Assembly (NCBI GenBank): GCA_963846105.1
Contig: CAWJUT010000025.1
Coordinates: 341,579-405,578 of the forward strand
Length of the DNA stretch: 64,000 bases
From: an uncultured delta proteobacterium
Lineage (GTDB): Bacteria > Desulfobacterota > Binatia > UTPRO1
Direction: 5' to 3'
Position 1 is the stretch's first letter; every line of letters begins with the position of its first letter. The notes beneath the pieces were generated by a model. The model saw nothing but the letters and a program-made list of their open reading frames with translations. It made no database searches and had not been told where the DNA came from. This document shows, one piece after another, positions 9,781 through 20,739 of this stretch. Both the position numbers and the translations under genes were made by a program.

Positions 9781-10742
9781 AGAGCGAGACGGGGAGATAG
9801 AAGAGGATGGCGAGGAATTGGCGCAAAGCCTGACCGAACTCTGGCGTGATCGATGAGTATAGAATCTAGGTGCACCCGTCGTGCTTGGAGACGGCTAGCC
9901 ATATTTCGCCGGGGCCCAGCCGCGTCCGTCTTATGGCTAATGATAGGATTGGCGAGGATGTGATCAGGTTGGCCTACGTTCTGCTTAATCTCGCGACTAG
10001 CAGGATGGAAATAGCAGCTGAAGTCTGGTATTGGGAAGACGTTGTTAAGCAACTGATGGTTGCTAATAGGCCACTGAAGACACGGCGAGTGCTTGCGATT
10101 ACAGTTTAGCGGCTGCTCTTACGAGGAATGAGGGGCTTGCAGGGCGCATGCAGCGGCGCGTACTGTGGACTCATGGTGATGACAGGGATCAGACTGGCTC
10201 CTCAGGCCACGCTGACACCATGGCACGCTGTGCTGACGCTATGGGGGAGAGGAGAACAGAAAGAAGCGCGAAGGAAGGGCGGAGGTCCGATAAGGGGGTT
10301 ACGTCCCCCGGGTAAGACCCTTCATGTCGCCTATGACTCTATGACCATGCCGTGACGGGCGGACGCTCCGGTAGCATTACCTGACCGGCGCGATCCACGT
10401 CCCGCTCGATTCTTCCGCTCGATCGTACCCGGATACTCGCTGGCGAGGACACCTGGCCGTCTGGGCTCAGTTCCTCATCCGGCTTCCGGGCGTATACGTT
10501 TACAGGGGTGATGGCACGGAGGCTCGCCCAAACGGCTCAGGTACCACCTCGGGATGCTCGAGGGCGACGACATCGCTATCGGTGGAGGTCCGTAGGCGGT
10601 GCGACCACCCGAGTGGGGCACGCGCACGGGAGGCCCCCGGACGACGGCGGGATGTCGCCTGCTTTCCGACCCTGCACGCCATGAGATACGCCAGTTCATA
10701 TGCAGGAAACTATCTCGCGCAGTTGCGGGAAGGTGTCGTGCG

Positions 10743-11336
10743 ATGCGTCGACCGCGGTGTCGCGCTCGTCACGCACGTGGGTGCGCCGGCCACGTGCCAC
10801 TGTGCAGCGCCGGCGGCCGCGAGCGGCGACCTTCTCCGATCCGGCCACGCGGCACATCTGGCTGCAAGCATCCGCTGTTCGCCGGTCTGCGGCCCGTCGA
10901 AACTCGGAGGATTCTCCGCATGATGCGCGTGGAGATGGCGCCTGCCGGCGCGAGCATTCTCCGCCACGGCGAGCGCGGCGCGGAGCTCTACGTCCTCGTG
11001 AGCGGCCGTGCCGAGGTCCGGCTGGGCGAGGACCGTTTGCTCGACACCATCGTGCACGGCGACGCGTTCGGCGAAATGGCCGCGATCCGCGACAGCGCGC
11101 GCTGTGCCGACGTCATCGTCGTCGAGGATGCCGCGTATCTCGTCCTCGACGCCGCCTGCATCCTGCGTCTGGGCCGCGAGTGCCCGCGCATCGCCGCAAC
11201 GTTCTTCGAGAACCTCGCCTGCAGCTTGAGCGACCGCCTCGAACGCACGACGCACCGGCTCGCCACCGCGCGCCACGGAGGCAATCTCTCCAGCGGGACG
11301 CGCGAGATCGAAACGCAGGGAGGAGGGTCGTCATGA
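10743..11336 (+). CDS. Cyclic-nucleotide-binding (Crp-like cNMP) domain protein
   Basis: HPLFAGL...ILRHGERGAELYVLVSGRAEVRL...GDAFGEMAAIRDSARCADVIVVEDAAYLVL matches the cNMP-binding fold. The start is uncertain. Confidence 0.6.
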   Translation: MRRPRCRARHARGCAGHVPLCSAGGRERRPSPIRPRGTSGCKHPLFAGLRPVETRRILRMMRVEMAPAGASILRHGERGAELYVLVSGRAEVRLGEDRLLDTIVHGDAFGEMAAIRDSARCADVIVVEDAAYLVLDAACILRLGRECPRIAATFFENLACSLSDRLERTTHRLATARHGGNLSSGTREIETQGGGSS

Positions 11337-12067
11337 CGGCGAGCCGACAAGACGGCCTGACGGTGGGCTACGAAACCCACCGGCGAGAGCTTACGACGTA
11401 TCTGACCCGAATGGTCGTGCGCGAAGACGTGGCGCAAGAGCTGGTGCAGGAGACCGCGGTGCGCGCGCTCGAAGCCTCTCGGTTGCCCGACGATCCCCGC
11501 GAGCTCCGCGCCTGGCTCTTTCGCATCGCCACCAACCTCGCGATCGATCATCTGCGCCGTCATTCGACGTTCAAGGAATCGTTGCTCCTCGACGACAAGG
11601 AACGCGCGTCTCGAGATGGAGCGTTCGTCGCGGAGAGTCGACTGCTGCGTGGCTCGCCGGAGGTGAAGTCGATCGCGCGCGAGCACCTGGTGATTTGCTT
11701 CGCGTGTACGCTGCGCAATCTGCGGCCCGAGCAGTCGGCCGCCTTGCTGCTAAAGGAAGTCTACGGCTTCACTGTCGCCGAGACGGGCGAGCTGATGGGG
11801 GCGACGTTCGGGCAGGTGAAGAACTGGATTCAAACGGCGCGCGCAACGCTCGAAGCAAAATATGCGCAGACCTGCGCGCTCGTTGCACAGAAAGGTGTCT
11901 GCTACCAGTGCGTCGAACTCGATGGGTTCTTCGACGCGAACCGCGGCGATCCCACGCTGGGACGCCGGAGATCTAGACGCGCGCCTCGCGATCCTCAGGG
12001 AGCGAAAGGACACCCCGTTGGGAACGTGGCATCGCCTGATGATGCGTCTCGTAGACGAAGTGTTTGA
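11333..12067 (+). CDS. ECF-type RNA polymerase sigma-70 factor with a C-terminal Cys-containing extension
   Basis: ATG at 11333 overlaps the upstream stop (ATGA), with a GGGAGGAGGG RBS. Region 2 (ELVQETAVRAL...WLFRIATNLAIDHLRR) and region 4 (EVYGFTVAETGELMGATFGQVKNWIQTAR), then CALVAQKGVCYQCVELDGFF. Confidence 0.75.
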   Translation: MTASRQDGLTVGYETHRRELTTYLTRMVVREDVAQELVQETAVRALEASRLPDDPRELRAWLFRIATNLAIDHLRRHSTFKESLLLDDKERASRDGAFVAESRLLRGSPEVKSIAREHLVICFACTLRNLRPEQSAALLLKEVYGFTVAETGELMGATFGQVKNWIQTARATLEAKYAQTCALVAQKGVCYQCVELDGFFDANRGDPTLGRRRSRRAPRDPQGAKGHPVGNVASPDDASRRRSV

Positions 12068-12178
12068 CGAGACATGAAAGGATGCAGCCGAGAGGAAGTG
12101 TCGCGGCGCTCCTCGATCTGTTCGTGAAGCGGCTGGTGGTCGCTCCGCTGGGAGGCGGAGACTGACGTCGAGGCCGAG

Positions 12179-13460
12179 GTGTCGTCGGGCGGTCTGGCCT
12201 TCACGGTGCACTGCCGGCCGCAGCCGCTCGCGATATGTCTTCTGTTGGTATTGTGGCTGAGCGCATCCGAGGTCTCGGCTGACGTCCAACCCGGCGACGT
12301 CATCCGGCCATCGAGCGCGGAGCGAGTGAGGAACGTCGTATCACCGGGTGTGTTTTGGTGTGTGGAGCGTGGTCTCCCGATGAGAAGGATTGCGTCGCGA
12401 TCGTTCGAGTGGCCGCCCGCATACAAGGAAGCCACGGAGAAATATGCATCCCAAGTGCGACTCACCTCCGATGGGCTTCATCTCGAGGGCTACGTGGCGG
12501 GCGCCCCGTTTCCGCACCTCGATGCGAATGATCCGCAAATCGCCAATAAGCTGATCTGGAATTTCAACTACAAGTTCTACAACGGCGACGACTTCGACCT
12601 CCGCAACTTCGACGCTGATACTGGATCCATCACGGCCGACCGCGAGTTCGCCATCGAGCGTCACTTCCTGATCGCACACTTCCGGCGGCTTTGGTACGTC
12701 AACCGGCTCTACATCGATCCGAAGCCTAACCTAGTCCCGAATACGGAAGAGATAGCCTACAAGGAGACGCTCCACCCACTAATCGAGCCGTTCGACCTGA
12801 AGGGCGTGGGCTTTACCTACTACCGTTACCTCGACCCGGCGCGGCAGGACGACAGCTGGCTCTACTTGCCAACGCTACGGCGAGTGCGTCGGCTATCAAC
12901 CGCCCAGTGTTCGACGCACTCTTCGGCGAGGAGTTCGATCAAGACAGCTACTACGGGTACAGCGGACAGCCGGCCTGGACGGACTGGCGATTCCTCGGCG
13001 AGAAGGAGATGCTCGCGGTGTGGCAGGCACAGAATTTCCCGACGAAATGGTAGCTGCGCTCGGCTGACTGGGCATTCGACGAGGTGTGGGAGAAACGCCT
13101 GTCTACGTCGTCGAGGGGGTATGGAAACTTCCGCAGTACGCGTACTCCAAACGGGTCCTGGTCATCGACAAGGAGCTCTATGGGATTCCGTACGCGGATA
13201 TGTACGACCGGGCGGGTGAGCTTTGGAAGACCATCATCCACGCCGCCAAGGTCGGGACAAAGACGATTCCAACGGCGACGAAGGCCTCCTATCCCTACAA
13301 CATGGCGTTCGCGTCTGCGATCACGATGGTCGACGTCCAACTCGGACACGCGACGCGGGTCGCGTTGCCGAGCCACCGCTTTCCCGGCGAGGATGGGTGG
13401 TACTCAACTTTGGAGATGAAATGGGGACGACCGCAGAGCAGTTCTCGATCGCCGAACTGA
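12179..13460 (+). pseudogene. Secreted DUF1329-like protein, disrupted by frameshift(s)
   Basis: ORFs 12179..13219 and 13086..13460 are overlapping frames of one gene (IWNFNYKFYNGDDFDLRNF...YVVEGVWKLPQYAYSKRVLVIDKELYGIPYADMYDRAGELWK). The family assignment is tentative. Confidence 0.4.
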
Positions 13461-13975
13461 TTCGCGCCGGCAATTGAAAGACACGCCGGTCGCCATCTGG
13501 AGCGGCTCGCCAAGGAGCGTACTCAAACGGGACAGGTGCTCACCACGTGAAAGCCGGATACGATACAGGCACCGAGCGCCATCCTGCGGCGCTCTCTTCG
13601 GTAGACTTCCGCTGGCAGTCAAGCACAGAAGACCTGTCGCGCCTAGAGGTAGGTCGAGCTGCGCGAGTACCGGGCGGCAGAAGCCGATCACGCGCGGGCG
13701 GAGCGGCGCGAGCGGCGCACGCCCGTGGGGACACCGTCGCTGACGTCCCACTCGGCTCTGGCCCGAAGCGCGCAGTCAGGAAGTCGACGAAGGCCCGCAC
13801 CTTCGCTGAGAGATGGTGGGTGACGAATACAGCGCCCAGATCCCAGTCGAGCGATCCTCGTACGGCACGAGAACGGCATGGAGCGTAAGCGCCGCAGATC
13901 TGGACCGACGAAGAAAAGAGGTAGCTGCACGAGGCCCACGCCGCGCACCGCAGCCAGACGCAGGAGGTCACCGTC

Positions 13976-14246
13976 GTGACTGCGCAGGCTGGGCCGACCT
14001 GCACCGGCGGATCTTGCGATCGATGTCCTCGCCTGCATCTGTGGCGGCCGCCTGCGGTTGATCGCGAAGATCAAGACCCAGTCGTCGTCGAGCGCATCCT
14101 CCGCCACGTTGGCCTCCCGACCGCCACGCCCGAGCCCGCCCCGGCTCGCCCGCCGCCTGTGTCTGGCGACTGCTTCGCCTTGGAGCTCACCACCTGAGTC
14201 GTCTCACCGCGGCCCCACTTGGATCGCCGCGTCGCTCGCGCCTTGA
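13976..14246 (+). mobile_element. Possible remnant of an IS91-family (Y2) transposase C-terminus
   Basis: Reading across two frames gives C..C.RCGGRLRLIAKI...DPVVVERILRHVGLPTATPEPAPARPP. This resembles the C-terminal zinc-ribbon tail of IS91/IS801 transposases. The surrounding 13.4-14.6 kb has no intact ORF. Confidence 0.25.
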
Positions 14247-15672
14247 CGAAGCTGCCGGGCGCGTGCGCGCGTCGTGGTATGCCCGTCCACTGAAAGGCAG
14301 TGCGCTGACTCTCGACCACCGATCGTCACGGTCGAGACGCGCGGAGCCACCGAATGACGGAATGTCGAGCATCAGCGGCCGCCAGTCGACGGAGATGCCG
14401 ACCGCCTCGGCAGCTCGAAGGACGGTCACGGCGACGAAGCATACGGGCTCTCGAAGTGGACGACGCTATGAGCGGACAATCGGAGTGCAGCGGATCGAAT
14501 GCGCGAGGGACGCGTCGGCATAGCGTCGAGGCGCTCCTAAGACCATTGCGCGCCGCTCGTTGACGACGAACTCTCTCGTCACGATGAAGGTGCCGTGGGC
14601 GGAGACGTCTACTTTGACGTTGCCCGCCGCCCAGCGTCCGGTCTCGCGACGTGAAACTCGATCGTAGCCGGACCCTGCGGTCCGATCGTTTTTTCCATCG
14701 CGTCGATGACGGTTACCTTTCCGTTCTCGGTCATCCAGCGCTCCTTGAACACGATGGTGCGCGGAGGGATCCCACGGTAAAGGTGAAGAGGTTAGGGGTA
14801 GTGGAGTGGACTCAAAAGGTGGCGCAGCTCACCGGAGTTGGCTCCGCTGCTGCCGCCACGGCTACGAGCTTCGACTGCGACGTCGGTGCTCGCGTCGTGA
14901 CGGACTGTCGACAGTCCACGGCGAGACTATACGACGTCATCGCCGCGAGTTCATAGCGTGAAGCGTAAGGTAGCGACGAGCGCTCGCTGTGATAAGCGTT
15001 CGCTCGGATGCGCGCGAGTTCCGTGGCCGGCCCGGAGAGCTGCTCAGGAGTAGGCGACGAGCTCGAATGAGCGGTAGTAGTGGGTTATGCTGTGGTGCGG
15101 GAGGAGTATGCGTAGATGCTGCAGAGTTTGAACTGGTGTGGATACTATTATTAGCGCAGTAACTGTGTGGTTTTAACGAAGAGAGGTGATGATGAGCGTG
15201 AGGATTAGCAACTTCACGGCACGGGGGATGGTTATACCGGGAACGCGTTGCATGACGACGAGAAGAGACGCGAGCAGAAGCAAGTACACTACTGCCGCGA
15301 GCGTCGCTGAGGCGGGATTCCGCCAGCGTGTATGCGCGGTCCGACGATCGCGGTGAGCGCGCCGAAGGCGGCGGCCGGTGGTCCGCGGAAGAAGGCCCCG
15401 AGATCCGCCTCGTTGGAGGGCACGTTCGCGTAGCCGTAGATTTGGAAGACGAACTCATACGCGATGACGCCTGCCGCGCCGAAAGCAAGCGCCGACATCC
15501 ATTCGTACAAAGGGTCGGATGTCGTTGCCATGAACGTCGTAGCTACGCTGGGACTTGCTACAGGATGCCTGCCCAACTCCGCAAGGCGTTTGGAGATAAA
15601 TGGATTCACCTAGTCATATGCGTCTCGTAAAGCTTCTGGCGTAAGCAGCCCCGCCGTTCTAGTCTCTCGGCG

Positions 15673-17892
15673 ATGCGTGCCGGTCCCCGTCGTTCCCGTC
15701 ACCTCGTCGTGCTCGCGGCCGTGAGCCTCCTGGTGGCGCCTTCTGTCGGCGCGACCACCTATAGTGTCGGTCCCTCGGGGAGCGATGATTTCGCCAGCAT
15801 CCAGCCCGCGCTCGACGTTGCCGTCGCCGGCGACACGATCAACGTCCACGAGAAACCGACCCCGTACTTCGAAAAGATCACGTTCCCGGCGAGCGGCAAC
15901 GCAATCGACGGCCACATCACGCTGCAGGCGGCTGCGGGAGAGTCGCCCGTGATCGACGGCACGGCAGTGCCCGGCGACAACATCGTCCTCATCGACTCGC
16001 GCAGCTACGTGAAGCTCGTCGGCTTCGAGATCCGCAACAACCTCGGGGTGAACGACGGCTCGGGCGTGCGGATCCTGGGAGCCGGCTCGCACATCGAGAT
16101 CCGCGACAACCGCATCCACGACATCCGCGGCCAGCACGCCATGGGGATCACCGTCTACGCCACGCGCCGACCAGCCCATCTCGAACCTGATCATCGACGG
16201 CAACGAGATCTACGACTGCGACCCGGCTGAGAGCGAGGCCTTGACGCTTGAACGGCAACGTCACCGACTTCGAGGTGACGAACAACGTGTCCGCGACGTG
16301 AACAACATCGGGATCGACTTCATCGGCGGCGAGACCGACATCAACCCCGAACCCGACGAAGGTCGCGCGCAACGGCGTCTGTCGCGGCAACCAGGTCGAC
16401 GCGGGCGCGCGTCAGCATGGCGGGGGCTACGCGGGCGGGATCTACGTCGACGGCGGCAAGAGACATCGTGATCGAGAACAACGTCGTCACGGAGTCCGAC
16501 CTCGGCATCGAGGTCGGCGCCGAGAACAGCCGGCATCGTGGCGAGCGGGATCGTGGTCCGGAACAACGTCCTCTATCGGAACGAGAAGGCGGGCCTGGTC
16601 TTCGGGGGCTTCGACGCCGAGCGTCGGGCGCGTCCGCGACAGCTCCTTCACGAACAATACGCTCTTCGGCAACGACACCCTCGGGGCGGGCTTCGGCGAG
16701 CTCTGGATCCAGTACGCCGAGGACAACCAGGTCCGGAACAACATCTTCTTCGCGTCCGGACAACCGCGCTTGCTCACCTCCGACGCCGGCAACGTCGACA
16801 ACGCGCTCGACTACAACGTCTGGCACCGCGACGGATCGCCGGTCGAGTTCGTGTGGAACGGCACGTCATACGCGGATTTCAACGCCTATCGGCTCGCGAC
16901 CGGCCAGGACGCCAACAGCGGCTCGTTCGACCCGTGCTCGTCGACACGGTCGGCCCCACCTTCGATTTCCATCTGACGGCCGCGTCGGGCGCCATCAATG
17001 CCGGTGACCCGGCGTTCGTGCCGGGCGTGGGCGAGACCGACCTCGATGGCGGCACGCGCGTCAACGGCCCGCGCGTCGACGTCGGCGCCGACGAGGTCAC
17101 CGCCTGCGGCAACGGCGTCACCGAGCCTCCGGAGCTCTGCGACGACGGCGATCTCGAGAGCGGCGACGGCTGTGACGCCAATTGCACCCCGACGGGTTGC
17201 GGCAACGCCGATCACCACGGCTGGCGAGCAGTGCGACGACGGCAACGTGAGCGCGGGAGACTGCTGCTCGGCGACGTGTCAGTTCGAGACGACCGGGTCA
17301 CCCTGCAGCGACGGCAACCCGTGCACCACCACCGACGCCTGCACGAGCGGCGTCTGCGCCGGCGTCGAGGCGCCCGAGCCAGTTTGCCGGGTGGCGATCA
17401 CCGGCTCGCTCACGCTGCGCGACCGCTCGCCCGAGCACCGCGGATCTGCTCAACTGGAAGTGGACGAAGGGAGCAGCCACGACGGTCGGTGACTTCGGCG
17501 ACCCGATCGGCGGCGCGACGTCCTACGATCTCTGCGTGTACGACGAGAGCGCGGGCGTGCCGAGTCTTCTTCTGCGGGCGGCGCTCCCCGCCGGCGGGAC
17601 GTGCCACGGCAAGCCGTGCTGGAAGCTCGCGGGCTCGACCGGCATACGGTACGGCGACCGTGACGGGACTCCCAACGGCGTCACCAAGGCCACACTCAAG
17701 AGCGGCATCGGCGGCAAGGCGAGCGTGAAGGTCAAAGCCAAGGGCCTGAACCTCGCGATGCCGGCGCTCTCCCTCGATCAGGACACCCACGTCACCGTGC
17801 AGCTCAAGAACAGCCAGGGCGTCTGCTGGGGGTCGAGCTATCCCGCACCCGCGATCCGGAACGACAGCGCGCAGTTCAAGGACAAGCTATGA
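15673..17892 (+). CDS. Secreted right-handed parallel beta-helix (pectate-lyase/NosD-like) protein with Myxo cysteine-rich repeats and the shared ~165-aa C-terminal domain (multiple frameshifts)
   Basis: Signal peptide MRAGPRRSRHLVVLAAVSLLVAPSVGA, followed by TYSVGPSGSDDFASIQPALDVAVAGDTINV. Beta-helix repeats IRNN..NDGSGVRI, IRDNRIHD. CGNGVTEPPELCDDGDLESGDGCD and GEQCDDGNVSAGDCCSATC. Fragments 15673..16230, 16417..17007, 16538..17728, 16998..17492 and 17536..17892 lie in different frames. Confidence 0.65.
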
Positions 17893-18389
17893 GCATCGAG
17901 CTGAACGGCATCGCGCACATCCAGCTGACGGTGAACGACGCCGCGCGCGCCGTGCCGTTCTGGGAGAAGCTCTGTCACTTCCTCGGCATGCAGACGCTCG
18001 TCCGCAATGCGGACACCGTCTATTGCATCGGCAGCCGGACGGGCGTTCTGGTGCGCGGCGCGGCCGCGGCGAACGGCGGGCCGTTCGACCAGAATCGCGC
18101 CGGCCTCCACCACTTCTGCTTCCGGGCGCGCAGCCGCGAGGACGTGGACGCGATCCATCGCTTCCTCACCGACGAGCTCGCGGCGCGGATCATCCATCCG
18201 CCCGAGGACAGCCCGCACTTCGCTCCCGGCTACTACTCGGTCCTCTTCGAGGATCCCGATGGCATCCGCGTCGAGGTGAATCACGTTCCAGGACGGGGCC
18301 ACCTCGGCCCGGGCGGCAGACTCGGCGAGGGCGGGGCCGGACCCGCGGATCGATACGGCAGCGAAGGCCTGGGCGGCGGAGGCCGCTGA
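17889..18389 (+). CDS. VOC family protein (glyoxalase/bleomycin-resistance/dioxygenase fold)
   Basis: IAHIQLTVNDAARAVPFWEKL...HHFCFRA...YYSVLFEDPDGIRVEV. ATG overlaps the upstream stop. Confidence 0.75.
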   Translation: MSIELNGIAHIQLTVNDAARAVPFWEKLCHFLGMQTLVRNADTVYCIGSRTGVLVRGAAAANGGPFDQNRAGLHHFCFRARSREDVDAIHRFLTDELAARIIHPPEDSPHFAPGYYSVLFEDPDGIRVEVNHVPGRGHLGPGGRLGEGGAGPADRYGSEGLGGGGR

Positions 18390-18399
18390 GGGGCGTTCC

Positions 18400-19200
18400 A
18401 TGGTGGAGTCTACGCTCAGCTACCTCGCGGAGATGGCGGAGAGGCCGTTCTTCTACCTGTACGACGTCTCGGCGGACACGCCGCGCAGGAACACCAAGGG
18501 TGACCGCCGGCGCGTCGCCATCCACGACGCGCGTGACCTCGACCCGCGGCCCTCGCTCGACCGCGAAGGATTCGCGCTCGCGCGCCTCACGACCGCGGTC
18601 GACGACCTCTACGACCCGGACGCGGTCCGCGCGCGCTACTATCCCGAGGTCGCGGCGCTCGTGAAGGACTTGACCGGCGCGGCACGCGTCGTCGCGTTCG
18701 ACCACAACGTGCGCTGCGCGACGCGGGCCGAGCGCAACGAGAGCGGCGCGCAGATGCCGGTGCGCTTTCCCCACAACGACTACACCGAAGGCTCGGGCCC
18801 GCAGCGCGTGCGCGATCTCTTTCCCGATGAAGCGGAACGACTCGTCTCCCGGCGCTTCGCGGTGGTCAACGTGTGGAAGCCGATTCGCGGGCGGGTCGAG
18901 GAGTCGCCGCTCGCCGTCTGCGACGCCCGCACCATCAGCATGCGCGATCTCGTCCTTACCGATCTCCGCTATCGCGACCGGCTGGGCGAGATCTACTCGC
19001 TCCGCTTCAACCCCGCACACCGCTGGTTCTACTTCTCCCACATGCAGGCGAACGAGGCGATGCTCCTCAAGTGCTTCGACTCCGACGCGTCGCTTGCGCG
19101 CTTCACCGCGCACTCGGCGTTCGACGATCCGACCAGTCCGCCCGATGCGCCGCCGCGCGAGTCGATCGAGGTGCGGACGCTGGCGTTCTTCGCGGACTGA
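18400..19200 (+). CDS. CmcJ/NvfI (AsaB)-like oxidoreductase family protein
   Basis: FDHNVR...PVRFPHNDYTEGSGPQRVRDL...VVNVWKPIRG...SLRFNPAHRWFYFSHMQANEAMLLKCFDSD, recalled family similarity. Confidence 0.45.
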   Translation: MVESTLSYLAEMAERPFFYLYDVSADTPRRNTKGDRRRVAIHDARDLDPRPSLDREGFALARLTTAVDDLYDPDAVRARYYPEVAALVKDLTGAARVVAFDHNVRCATRAERNESGAQMPVRFPHNDYTEGSGPQRVRDLFPDEAERLVSRRFAVVNVWKPIRGRVEESPLAVCDARTISMRDLVLTDLRYRDRLGEIYSLRFNPAHRWFYFSHMQANEAMLLKCFDSDASLARFTAHSAFDDPTSPPDAPPRESIEVRTLAFFAD

Positions 19201-19264
19201 GAGACGGGCGCGCTACTTCTCGTCGAGAGTCACACCACTCGTCGCGCAGCGCTGGAGTCGCGCA

Positions 19265-20739
19265 TCACTCGAGGCCGAAGACCGCGTCGGTGACGTCCGA
19301 GCCGATGGTGAGCGCCGCGTCGCCGAGGCACGTCGGGTCGGGCGTCTCGAAGAGGCAGCCGAGCAGCCCGGTGGTGTCGCTGCAGGTGCCGATCCGTGCA
19401 TCGACCTTGGACTGCGCGGTCGCGATGTCGCCGGCGAGCGCGCTGGCGCAATCGACCGGCATCGCCGCGGTGATGTTGTCGACCTCGCAGCGGCCGAGCA
19501 GCTTCTCGATGCGATCGATGCCCGTCTGGATGCCCTTCAAGAGCCTCTTCTGACAGCTCCCGGCGGCACTGCTGCCGGCGGTGTTGAGGGGAAGATCCGG
19601 CGGCGTCGTGCCGACGGCGGCCGCGAGCATCGCTCCCGTCGCCTCGTTCTGGCGACATTCGAGGCAATCGACCAGCGCCGTCATGCTGGTCAGGTTGATC
19701 GCGCCGCATCCGCCGCCGCACGTGGGGGGCATGCCGAGAAGGGAAGGTGTGAGGCCGCTGCCGGTGCAGAGCGCGTCGTGGCTGCCGCCGATGTTGGCGT
19801 GGAAGCGCGCCGCCGCCTGCTGGATCTTCAAGTCGCGCGCGCCGGCGTCGCACGCGAGGCCGTTCACCTCGTCGAGGTAGCAGCGTCCGAACTCGCGGAG
19901 ATGCGTCTTGCCGTAGCGGCGGGTGGCGCGCTCGACCTGGCGAAGACAGGCGGCCCGGCTCGCCGGCGGTGCCACCACCGGGACGAAGCTGATGGCGTTG
20001 ATCGGCACGTCGAGCGTGCCCTCGTCGGGATCGTCGGACTCGATGCGAAGCGTTCCCGAGGCGATCACGACGCTGGCGGGCGTGAACGTCACGTCGATGG
20101 TGATGCTCTGGCCGAGTGGAATGTTGAGCGGCGCCGGCGGCCCGCTCACCGCGAGCGAGCTGTGCGCGCCGGCGAGCAGGCCGTAGGAGTTGATCGTGAT
20201 CGGGGAAGTCGCTGCCGTTGTTGAACACCTGGACGGCGACCGTTCCGACCTCGCCCACCTCCGTGATCATGTTGACACTGGAATGCGAGATCCGGATGTC
20301 GAGCGGCTCCAGGCACGACGCGACCATCGGGGTGATGTAGGTGTGATAGTCGGGCGGCGCGTCGATGGCGTCGAAGAAGTTGTTGCACGAGTAGCCGGGC
20401 AGCGTCATGAAGGTGAGGATCTCGTCGACGTTGGTGAACCCGTCGCCGTCGGTGTCCATGCCCTCGACGTCTTGCAGCGACTGGTTGATCGTCTTGCCGA
20501 GGTAGAGCTGCTGCTCGACGGCGTTGCCGTACGGATTGCGCGCGCCGGTGCCCGTCCAGCGATAGTGACAGCGTACCGCACGCGTTGAGGTTGTCGCCGG
20601 GGCCGATGCCGTAGGTGCTCGTGAAGACGTCGAAGTACGTGGGCCGCGCCTGCACCGTCGCCGATGCCGCCAGCACCACGATCGCGATCGCGGCGGCGAC
20701 CGCGTAGCGGACGCCGTTCCGGCTCGTCATGGGTAGGCC
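19265..20739 (-). CDS. Secreted Cys-rich protein with a Ca-binding DTDGDGFTNVDEI motif and a C-terminal C-x-K...LK-x4-C module (two or more frameshifts)
   Basis: Signal peptide MTSRNGVRYAVAAAIAIVVLAASATVQA at 20739. Spans frames 20146..21249, 19230..20459 and 19265..20149. C-terminus CLRQVERATRRYGKTHLREFGRC...CQKRLLKGIQTGIDRIEKLLGRC. Confidence 0.5.

Noticed and set aside
9501-10052. 183-aa ORF on the minus strand running through the C-depleted tract
   Set aside because: The translation is pure low-complexity (P/S/L/I-rich), a by-product of the purine-rich strand. No start context and no domain
10100-10500. Possible structured ncRNA (checked for tmRNA, RNase P, SRP and group II intron domain V motifs) in the intergenic region after the purine-rich tract
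   Set aside because: None of the conserved motifs I know was found (GAAAGUCCGGGCUCC of RNase P, the tmRNA tag reading frame and CCA end). Composition alone is not evidence
10700-10760. ECF-type promoter (GGAAC-N16-CGTC-like) upstream of the cNMP/sigma pair
   Set aside because: A GGAAAC was found at ~10713, but the spacing to any GTC/CGT -10-like element does not fit (about 23 nt). Not reported as a feature
14937-15488. 183-aa minus-strand ORF rich in S/R/P/H at the second C-poor tract
   Set aside because: Low-complexity composition-driven ORF. No motifs
15289-15609. 106-aa minus-strand ORF with a Gly-zipper-like segment (GAFFRGPPAAAFGALTAIVG)
   Set aside because: It could be a small membrane protein. 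However, it sits in the compositionally odd region, lacks an RBS or start context I could verify, and has no family match. Too weak to call
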